From the NCBI GenBank assembly GCA_041661645.1, contig JBAZUA010000004.1:69067-133066 (forward strand): a stretch of DNA of 64,000 bases, written 5' to 3'. The position numbers and the translations under genes are program-made. Each line of letters starts with the position of its first letter. Within the stretch, counting starts at the first letter, position 1. Source of the DNA: Minisyncoccota bacterium. GTDB taxonomy: Bacteria > Patescibacteriota > Minisyncoccia > Phycocordibacterales > UBA6065. The notes below the pieces were generated by a model. That model was not told the DNA's origin and did no database searches. It saw only the letters and a program-made list of their open reading frames with translations. Positions 56,606 through 64,000 of this stretch are shown in pieces.

Positions 56606-58753
56606 ATGTTCAAGCACATCAAGAAGCGAGACGGTCGATCGGTGCCTTTCGACGCCGGGAAGATAGCCCAGGCAATCGAAAAGGCGGGCAAGGCAACGGG
56701 TGAATTCGATGGAAAGGTCGCCGCTGAGCTCGCAAAGAAGGCCATATCGCTCGCTTCCAAGAAGGTGGGGGACAGGACTCCCTCGGTCGAGGACCTGCAG
56801 GATGCCGTGGAAGAGGCTCTCATCTCCTCTCTTTACCACCAGACCGCCAAGGCATACATTCTCTATCGCGAACAACATGCGGCCATGCGTGCCTTCGCCA
56901 CGGCCTCGTCGCTCGACCTCATAGACAGCTATCTCGAGAAGCTCGACTGGCAGGTCAAGGAGAACAGCAATATGGGCTACTCCCTCCAGGGGCTCAACAA
57001 CTACATTTTTTCTGAGGTGAGCAAGACATACTGGCTCAACAAGGTCTATCCACAGAATATTCGTGCAGCATACGAGAGCGGAGACCTCCACATACACGAT
57101 CTCGGCACGCTTTCGGTCTATTGCGTGGGCTGGGATCTCATGGATCTCCTCACGGAGGGATTTCGCGGCGCGCCGGACAAGATAGAGTCTGCTCCGCCAA
57201 AGCATTTCCGTACGGCTTTGGGCCAGATGGTCAATTTCATGTATACCCTCCAGGGTGAGGCGGCCGGGGCGATCGCCTTCTCGAACTTCGACACCCTGCT
57301 CGCACCCTTTATTCGATTCGACAAGCTTTCGGCGAAAGAGGTCAAACAGTCCCTCCAGGAATTCATATTCAACATGAACGTGCCGACCCGCGTCGGCTTC
57401 CAGACGCCGTTCTCGAACATCACCCTTGACCTCACGCCGTCGCCTAACTTCAAGAAGCAGGGAGTCGTCATAGGCGGAAAGATAATGAAGGAGACATATG
57501 GCGAGTTCCAGCCGGAGATGGACGTGCTCAACTCCGCCCTCTTCGAGGTCATGGCCGAGGGAGATTCGGCGGGCCGCGTCTTCACCTTCCCGATCCCGAC
57601 CGTGAACGTCACCAAGGATTTCGATTGGGAGAATCCAAAGCTCAAGGGCCTTTGGGAGATCACCGCAAAATATGGCGTGCCGTATTTCAGCAATTTCATC
57701 AATTCGGACATGAAGCCCGAAGACACGCGATCCATGTGCTGCCGCCTCAGGCTCGACCTCGAGGAGCTCGACAGGAGAGGGGGAGGGCTCTTTGGCGCAA
57801 ACGCGCTCACCGGATCGGTCGGCGTGGTGACCATAAACCTGCCGCGACTGGCTTATATATCGAAGGACGGCGGCAAGGAGGAGTTCTTCCGCGTCATCGC
57901 CGAGAAGATGGACATAGCCAAGGAAAGCCTCGAGATCAAGCGTAAGATGCTCGAGCGCCTGACGGATGCCAATCTCTATCCATATACCAAGTTCTATCTG
58001 CGTAATATCAGGTCGGCATTCGGCGCATACTGGTATAACCACTTCTCGACCATCGGGCTCGTCGGCATGAACGAGGCCTCCCTGAACCTCATCGGCAAGG
58101 ACATCGGATCGGAGGATGGTCAGGCCTTCGCCGCGGAGACGCTCGATTTCATGAGGAAGCGACTCGTGGGCTATCAGAAGGAGACGGGAAACCTCTACAA
58201 TCTCGAGGCAACACCGGCCGAAGGCACGGCCTATCGCCTGGCCCTCAAGGACAAGAAGCTCTATCCGGACATCATCGTGGCGAACGAGGCCGAGTACAAG
58301 GATGGCGCGCAGCCGTTCTATACGAACTCGTCCCACCTGCCTGTCAATTATACGGACGATATCGTCGAGGCCCTGGACATTCAGGATAATCTCCAGACCA
58401 AATACACGGGAGGAACTGTCATCCATCTGTTCCTTGGCGAGAGGATCGCGGACGCGAGTGCCGTGCCGGGACTTGTCCGGAAGATCTGCGAGGGGTATAA
58501 GCTGCCATACTTCACCCTGACCCCTACGTTCAGCGTCTGCAGGTCGCACGGCTATATGGTCGGCGAGCATCATCTCTGCCAGACTTGTAAGGCCGAATGC
58601 GAGGTCTATTCGAGAGTCGTCGGGTATCTTCGTCCGGTGAGCCAGTGGAATTCAGGCAAGCAGGCCGAGTACAAGATGCGTGAGCTCTATGTCCCCGCGG
58701 TCGCCGGGGTCGACGCGCGAATCCTCGCGGGAGTCGGCGTCCTAGCCGAGTAA
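56606..58753 (+). CDS. nrdD: anaerobic ribonucleoside-triphosphate reductase (class III) NrdD
   Basis: N-terminal ATP-cone. C-terminal zinc ribbon CQTCKAEC plus a glycyl-radical-type C-terminus. 715 aa. Confidence 0.93.
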   Translation: MFKHIKKRDGRSVPFDAGKIAQAIEKAGKATGEFDGKVAAELAKKAISLASKKVGDRTPSVEDLQDAVEEALISSLYHQTAKAYILYREQHAAMRAFATASSLDLIDSYLEKLDWQVKENSNMGYSLQGLNNYIFSEVSKTYWLNKVYPQNIRAAYESGDLHIHDLGTLSVYCVGWDLMDLLTEGFRGAPDKIESAPPKHFRTALGQMVNFMYTLQGEAAGAIAFSNFDTLLAPFIRFDKLSAKEVKQSLQEFIFNMNVPTRVGFQTPFSNITLDLTPSPNFKKQGVVIGGKIMKETYGEFQPEMDVLNSALFEVMAEGDSAGRVFTFPIPTVNVTKDFDWENPKLKGLWEITAKYGVPYFSNFINSDMKPEDTRSMCCRLRLDLEELDRRGGGLFGANALTGSVGVVTINLPRLAYISKDGGKEEFFRVIAEKMDIAKESLEIKRKMLERLTDANLYPYTKFYLRNIRSAFGAYWYNHFSTIGLVGMNEASLNLIGKDIGSEDGQAFAAETLDFMRKRLVGYQKETGNLYNLEATPAEGTAYRLALKDKKLYPDIIVANEAEYKDGAQPFYTNSSHLPVNYTDDIVEALDIQDNLQTKYTGGTVIHLFLGERIADASAVPGLVRKICEGYKLPYFTLTPTFSVCRSHGYMVGEHHLCQTCKAECEVYSRVVGYLRPVSQWNSGKQAEYKMRELYVPAVAGVDARILAGVGVLAE

Positions 58754-58754
58754 C

Positions 58755-59441
58755 ATGGTCTTCGGAGGCTTCGAGAAATTCACCCTCATAGACTACCCGG
58801 GGAAGGTGGCCTGCATGGTCTATACCATCGGATGCAACTTCCGATGCCCGTATTGCCACAATCCGGAGCTTGTGGACGAGACGGTCGAGGTCCGCTATGG
58901 CGAGGAGGAGATATTGGCCTTCCTCGACAGGCGAAAGGGCATGATCGATGGCATTGTCATCACGGGCGGAGAGCCGACCATGCACGATGACCTCCTCGAT
59001 TTCATGAAGAAGGTTAAGGACAGGGGCTTTTTGGTGAAGCTCGATTCGAACGGCACTCGCCCCGCCATGATCAGGGAGGCCATAGACAGGAAGCTCGTGG
59101 ACTATATCGCCATGGACATGAAGGCGCCCCTGTCCCGCTACAGCCAGACCGTGGCACGACCCGTGGACACGGAGGCAATCGCGGAAAGCATTGCCCTCCT
59201 CATGTCCTCTCCCGTCGAGTACGAGTTTCGGACGACGGTCATCAAATCGCTCGTCTCGCCCGAGGAGATCGAGGAGATTGGCAGGGAGATCAAGGGGGCA
59301 AAACGTTACTATCTCCAGAAGTTCATCCCCACCAAGCTCCTGAACCCTCAGTTTCGCCGGAAGACCACCTACACCGACGAGGAGTTCGAGGGCTTTCGCA
59401 AGACCTTATCAGCCTATGTCGCCTATTGTGGAATACGATAA
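58755..59441 (+). CDS. nrdG: anaerobic RNR activating radical-SAM protein NrdG
   Basis: CNFRCPYCHN (Cx3Cx2C) radical SAM motif; 228 aa; 2 nt after nrdD. Confidence 0.9.
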   Translation: MVFGGFEKFTLIDYPGKVACMVYTIGCNFRCPYCHNPELVDETVEVRYGEEEILAFLDRRKGMIDGIVITGGEPTMHDDLLDFMKKVKDRGFLVKLDSNGTRPAMIREAIDRKLVDYIAMDMKAPLSRYSQTVARPVDTEAIAESIALLMSSPVEYEFRTTVIKSLVSPEEIEEIGREIKGAKRYYLQKFIPTKLLNPQFRRKTTYTDEEFEGFRKTLSAYVAYCGIR

Positions 59442-60624
59442 GACCATATATCTCGATCATGCTGCCACGACGCCCCTCGACCCCGAGGTGCTCGCCGTCA
59501 TGATGCCCTATTTCGACGGCCGATATGGCAACGCCTCTTCGATGTATGCGAGCGGCAGGAGGTCGGGACAGGTCCTGCGCGAGGCACGACAGGCAGTGGC
59601 GGAGATCCTGAACGCCCTGCCGGAGGAGATCATCTTCACGGGCTCGGGCACCGAAGCGGACAATATGGCCATTCTCGGCGTGGCTCGGGCCAATCGGACG
59701 GCCGGTGACCACATCATCATCTCGTCCATCGAGCACAAGGCCGTGACGGAATCGGCAAAGAAGCTCGAAAGGGAGGGTTTCTCGGTCAGCGTCTTGCCGG
59801 TGGGCAGGGACGGTCTGGTGAGCGTCGAGGCGTGCCTCGCCCTCATAACGTCTCGTACCACCCTCGTGTCGGTCATGTACGCCAACAACGAGATAGGGAC
59901 CATAGAGCCAATCAGGGAACTCGCGGACGCCGTGCGGAAGCTCAGGGGGGCGAATCCTTTCCCGCTCTTCCATACCGATGCCTGCCAGGCGGCAGGAGCC
60001 CTCTCTCTCGACGTTCAGGAGCTTGGGGTAGACCTCATGTCGCTCAATGGGTCAAAGATATACGGCCCCAAGGGCGTGGGGGCACTTTACAAGAAGAGGG
60101 GTGTGCGCATTGACCCCGTGATCGTCGGCGGGGAGCAGGAGATGAGCCTGCGGGCGGGGACGGAGAGCGTGCCTCTCATCGTCGGTTTTGCCGAGGCCCT
60201 GAAAAGGGCGGATGATGGGCGGGAAGGCGAATCACGGAGGCTATCTGTACTTCGGGACTATCTCATAGAGCGATTGCGGAAGGAAATTCCAGGGCTCGTG
60301 GTGAACGGTCATCTGGAGAAAAGGCTGCCAAATAACGTCCACGTCTCCATTCCGCACGTCGAGGGGGAGTCCATGCTCCTCATGCTCGACACGCATGGCA
60401 TAGAGGCAGGTACGGGATCGGCCTGCTCGGCCCATGACCTGAAGCCCTCGCATGTCCTCGCGGCCATAGGCCAGGATGCGGACCTCATGCACGGTAGTGT
60501 TCGCTTCTCCCTGGGCAAGCCCTCGACCAGGGAACAGATGGATCGCGTCATGGAGGTCTTTCCCGAGGTCGTGCGATACCTTACCAGCATATCGGCCCTG
60601 ACGGCCATAACATCAAAACGATGA
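59416..60624 (+). CDS. cysteine desulfurase (class V aminotransferase, IscS/NifS-like)
   Basis: PLP-Lys context SLNGSKIYGPKGVG, active-site Cys loop GSACS, 402 aa. Confidence 0.9.
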   Translation: MSPIVEYDKTIYLDHAATTPLDPEVLAVMMPYFDGRYGNASSMYASGRRSGQVLREARQAVAEILNALPEEIIFTGSGTEADNMAILGVARANRTAGDHIIISSIEHKAVTESAKKLEREGFSVSVLPVGRDGLVSVEACLALITSRTTLVSVMYANNEIGTIEPIRELADAVRKLRGANPFPLFHTDACQAAGALSLDVQELGVDLMSLNGSKIYGPKGVGALYKKRGVRIDPVIVGGEQEMSLRAGTESVPLIVGFAEALKRADDGREGESRRLSVLRDYLIERLRKEIPGLVVNGHLEKRLPNNVHVSIPHVEGESMLLMLDTHGIEAGTGSACSAHDLKPSHVLAAIGQDADLMHGSVRFSLGKPSTREQMDRVMEVFPEVVRYLTSISALTAITSKR

Positions 60625-61073
60625 AAAAAGATCATACCGCCCATGCGACTACCTGTGACGTGCAGGACTGGCTCTACAGCGACATCGTCAAAGACCATTT
60701 CTTCAAGCCGCGCAACATCCTCTTGGACGAGGCCGGATACGAGGCTGACGGCGTGGGGGTGGTGGGGAGCCCCGCCTGCGGCGACATGATGGCCGTCTGG
60801 ATCAAGGTTGATCGCAAGGCGGGTACGATTTCCGAATGCAAATGGCGCACCTTTGGCTGTGCCTCGGCTATTGCATCGACGTCAATGATGTCGGTCATGG
60901 CGACCGAGAACGGCGGCATGTCGATAGCGCGGGCCAAGCGCATGACGCCCGAGGCGATCATCGACCGTCTCGGCGGACTGCCTGACAGGAAGTATCATTG
61001 CTCGGTTCTCGGACACTCGGCCCTGCGCGAGGCTATCTTGGATTATGAACAAACCCATGAAGCAAGAAACTAG
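60621..61073 (+). CDS. Fe-S cluster scaffold IscU/NifU-like
   Basis: GSPACGDMM...CKWRTFGCASAIASTSM with three conserved Cys ligands. Confidence 0.9.
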   Translation: MKKDHTAHATTCDVQDWLYSDIVKDHFFKPRNILLDEAGYEADGVGVVGSPACGDMMAVWIKVDRKAGTISECKWRTFGCASAIASTSMMSVMATENGGMSIARAKRMTPEAIIDRLGGLPDRKYHCSVLGHSALREAILDYEQTHEARN

Positions 61074-61770
61074 GCTCAGGTACAGGGTTGTGCGGGTGAC
61101 GAAGGAGACCGAGGACGTCTCCACCCTTGACCTGGAGATTCCCGAGGGCGAGCTTCCGGCATACACGCCGGGTCAATATCTCACCGTATATTTTCCCGAA
61201 TCGGGCACTCCCGAGGGCAAGGCTTATACCATATCGAGCGCACCGTCCGAAAAGAGGTTTTCCTTAAGCGTGAAGGCCATGGGGGAGTTCTCTCACAGGC
61301 TTGTCTCGATGAGGCCGGGCGATACGGTGACGGCGTCGCTGCCCTATGGCTATTTCTATAGCGAATCGCAGGACGCGCCCCTCGTCATGATCGCGGGCGG
61401 CATCGGCGTGTCGCCCTTTCGGAGCATGATAGTGGACATCATGGGCAAGAATCCCGCTCGCAGGCTCCTCCTCCTCTATAGTGGCAGGACTCTCTCGTCC
61501 ATGGCTTTCAAGGGCACGTTTGATGAGCTGTCCCGAAGGAATCCGACATTCCAAGTCCGCTTTTTCGTGACGAGGGAGGAACCCGTCACGCCAGATGTGT
61601 CAGTGGGGAGGATAAACGGCAGGCGTATCCTCGAGGTCGCGGGCGACACGGCGCAGGCCGAATTCCTCATCTGTGGATCAATCCCGTTTGCCAGAGACCT
61701 ATGGCGAGAGCTAAAGTCCCTGGGCGTCCCCGAGGAAAATATGTATACAGAGGCCTTCTTCTCGCACTGA
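61045..61770 (+). CDS. FAD/NAD(P)-binding oxidoreductase (ferredoxin-NADP reductase-like)
   Basis: FAD-binding GQYLTVYF and NAD-binding LVMIAGGIGVSPFRSM motifs. Confidence 0.75.
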   Translation: MNKPMKQETRLRYRVVRVTKETEDVSTLDLEIPEGELPAYTPGQYLTVYFPESGTPEGKAYTISSAPSEKRFSLSVKAMGEFSHRLVSMRPGDTVTASLPYGYFYSESQDAPLVMIAGGIGVSPFRSMIVDIMGKNPARRLLLLYSGRTLSSMAFKGTFDELSRRNPTFQVRFFVTREEPVTPDVSVGRINGRRILEVAGDTAQAEFLICGSIPFARDLWRELKSLGVPEENMYTEAFFSH

Positions 61771-61825
61771 TCGGGCAAGGGGGAGGTGAGAAACTCCACA
61801 TTCTTTGTTATAATATTTCCACGCG

Positions 61826-64000
61826 ATGAAAAGATCTCTCTTGAAAACCTTTCTGTGTGCGAATCTGATTTTCGGATTGTCCTTCCTGCCTGCGATTTCG
61901 GCATTCGCCGCCGAGTCGAGCTCTACGAGTTACACGATCACCAACTCGGCTGTGGGATCGGGTCGCCAGATGGATTCGACGAGCTTCTCTCTGCAGGGGA
62001 CGTTCTCCCAGTCCGCCAATGTATCGTATTCAAGCGGCATGATCCCCCTGGCTGCCGGAACGATAACCTCCTGTGGCAAGATAACCTCCCCGGGAACCTA
62101 CTCCCTTAACTCGGACCTCGCCAACATCTCAGGCCCCTGTTTTTTCATTGTGTCCGACAACGTGACGATTGACGGTGGCGGGCATTCGATCACCGGTGTG
62201 TCGGGCAATATCGGATATGCCGTGGTCGCGACGTCCTCGGTCGCGAGCGGGGGCTCATCGTTCATAGGCATCGATATCCAGGACATCGTCTTTGCCAATT
62301 TCACTGGTGGCGTCAACGCGAACGGAAATGCGGGCATCGCCTCGGGCGGAAACGGCGGGCATGTCACGGTCGCGTCGTCGACCCTGGGTGCCATCACGGC
62401 AAATGGCGGGGCGGCGAGCTCCGGCACGGGCGGAGACGGTGGCTCCATATCGATAACGAGCACCGACAGCCTTGATTTTGTCGCCAATCCAATTTCCGTG
62501 ACCAGGGGTTCGGGATCGGTCAATGGCTCAACCGGAACGATTTCCGTCAACGGGCCCATTCTCATATCGGGCAGCGAGGTATGGACGGGGGATGACAGCT
62601 CTTGGACCGGCTCGCATCCATGGACCTTTACGGGGAATGCGTACAGTTCAGGCATCATTGGCGGCGATGCGACCTTTTCGGCATATACCGCGAGCTCGAG
62701 TGTCGTGACCGTGGATTCAAACTCTGATTTTCATGGCACGGGCAGGGTGAATGGCACGGTATTCGATTCTCTCGGGGCGCCCGTCACCACATGGAACCTG
62801 ACCAACGGATCTATTTTGACCGGTACCCTCTCGGACAATGTCATCTTTGACGGGCAATCGATCAACTCAGGAACGGTTCTCGCTGATTCCGTCTTTAATG
62901 ACTCCTCATATAACAGCGGCACTACGACCAATGCCGTCTTTACGGCCTCGTCCTTCAACTCGCTTGGTGGCATACCGAATGGCGATCCGACGGGAATATC
63001 GAATGGGCATGTGGTCTTGGGAACGATCACCTTCTCCGCGACGACATCACCCGTCAGCTTTACGATCAATTCCGGCTCGACCTGGGGCGTGAATACCTCC
63101 TCGTGGATATTCGATACGGCGGGGCAGAATTGGATTTTCAACTTCAGCACCAATACGGGCAGCATCGTGGGCGACGCATCCTTCAATAACAGCCACAACC
63201 TGGGTGTGGTGAGTGGCGTGAGCACCTTCCTCACGAATTCATACAATGCCGGTTCGACGGCCACATCCTCTTTCTACGGAAACTCCTACAATATCGGCGG
63301 TGTGGAGTACGCAAGCTTCCATGACTCGAGCACGAACAGCCATAGCCCTGATTCAGGTACGGTGAGCGTCAGGTGCGACTTCTTTGACTCCTCGCTTCCG
63401 GGAACCGGCACATGTCCACCAGGCGCGACCTTTTACCATATCCCATATTATTTCAATGGTTCGGTGAGCACCAACTGGGACGATCTTGGCAACTGGTTCT
63501 TTGATGCGACATCTACGCAGCCTGCGGCGACCCTTCCTCAGAGCGGCGACACGGTATTCATCGGGGCCTCTCTGACAAGCGGCCCGGGCTCGGCCATCAC
63601 CCTCGGCAGCGTCGTCGTGGCATCATCGACCACGGGCGGGGGGTCGTTCTCGGTCAATTTGACCAATATTTCGGCCCCAGCGTATTTCTACGCCTCGAGC
63701 ACGAACGTGGGTGCGGTGAACGGGACGTTCCACGTCTTCGGCGACAGGCCCTTCTCCCAGGTGAACACGAGCGGGACATTTACGGGGGTCGTCGCCTTTC
63801 ATGACGGGTCGTGGAACGACGTGACGATACCGGGCAATGTTTCCTTCTATGACACGAGCTATAACTCATCGAGCGGCATCGTGGGCGGCGACGCCGAATT
63901 CATCGGCAGCAACAGAAATGACGGCATCGTGGTCGGCGTCGCCACCATCTATTCCGGCGCGAGCGTCACGGGCAGTGGCACGGTTCAGGGAAACACCCTC
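61826..64000 (+). CDS. third giant surface protein paralog (N-terminal 724 aa; runs off window end)
   Basis: ATG 61826, signal peptide ANLIFGLSFLPAISAFA. TSCGKITSPGTYSLNSDLANISGPCFFIVSDNVTIDGGGHSITG module homologous to the first and second giant proteins. Open frame (positions congruent to 2 mod 3) to the window end. The ORF track does not list it because no stop falls inside the window. Confidence 0.85.
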   Translation, partial: MKRSLLKTFLCANLIFGLSFLPAISAFAAESSSTSYTITNSAVGSGRQMDSTSFSLQGTFSQSANVSYSSGMIPLAAGTITSCGKITSPGTYSLNSDLANISGPCFFIVSDNVTIDGGGHSITGVSGNIGYAVVATSSVASGGSSFIGIDIQDIVFANFTGGVNANGNAGIASGGNGGHVTVASSTLGAITANGGAASSGTGGDGGSISITSTDSLDFVANPISVTRGSGSVNGSTGTISVNGPILISGSEVWTGDDSSWTGSHPWTFTGNAYSSGIIGGDATFSAYTASSSVVTVDSNSDFHGTGRVNGTVFDSLGAPVTTWNLTNGSILTGTLSDNVIFDGQSINSGTVLADSVFNDSSYNSGTTTNAVFTASSFNSLGGIPNGDPTGISNGHVVLGTITFSATTSPVSFTINSGSTWGVNTSSWIFDTAGQNWIFNFSTNTGSIVGDASFNNSHNLGVVSGVSTFLTNSYNAGSTATSSFYGNSYNIGGVEYASFHDSSTNSHSPDSGTVSVRCDFFDSSLPGTGTCPPGATFYHIPYYFNGSVSTNWDDLGNWFFDATSTQPAATLPQSGDTVFIGASLTSGPGSAITLGSVVVASSTTGGGSFSVNLTNISAPAYFYASSTNVGAVNGTFHVFGDRPFSQVNTSGTFTGVVAFHDGSWNDVTIPGNVSFYDTSYNSSSGIVGGDAEFIGSNRNDGIVVGVATIYSGASVTGSGTVQGNTL

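Overview
The window is a high-GC (about 58-60%) bacterial chromosomal segment. Gene content points to an anaerobic, small-genome lineage: NrdDG is the only ribonucleotide reductase seen, with IscS/IscU and GatCA, plus a large type IV pilus locus and several giant surface proteins. This resembles CPR/Patescibacteria-like or similar uncultivated bacteria, which is an inference.

Housekeeping genes are smpB with an adjacent tmRNA I recognised by eye, ftsH, recG, a MutY/Nth-like glycosylase, ligA carrying an apparent frameshift, gatCA, nrdDG and iscSU. RNA genes are tRNA-Ile(UAU), tRNA-Ser(GCU), tRNA-Met(CAU) and tmRNA.

The accessory material is as follows:
- A low-GC (about 37%) island sits directly downstream of tRNA-Ser. 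It encodes a PIN-like protein with an HEPN-like C-terminal motif, a small PD-(D/E)xK nuclease-like protein and a Pol-beta-type nucleotidyltransferase. I consider this a candidate undescribed defence or toxin-antitoxin module.
- About 5 kb of unidirectional small cassettes follows: two SAM methyltransferases, membrane proteins and hypotheticals. Each cassette is preceded by a copy of a roughly 200-bp repeat that contains a 12-bp terminal inverted-repeat pair (GGGATTCGAACG/CGTTCGAATCCC) and, in at least two copies, a near-consensus sigma70 promoter.
- Three paralogous giant secreted proteins (3417 aa, 2050 aa, and a third of more than 720 aa running off the window). They share an N-terminal beta-helix-like Cys module and, in the two complete ones, a conserved C-terminal domain ending in W-x-FGF. 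The first carries four seven-bladed Asp-box (SxDxGxTW) beta-propellers encoded by near-identical 120-bp DNA repeats.
- A second low-GC singleton island encoding a DUF3800-like protein.
- A PEP-CTERM-like protein.
- A complete pilMNO-pilB-REC-pilT-pilC-pilA x3-pilD-minor pilins locus next to comF.

No CRISPR array, integrase or transposase was seen.
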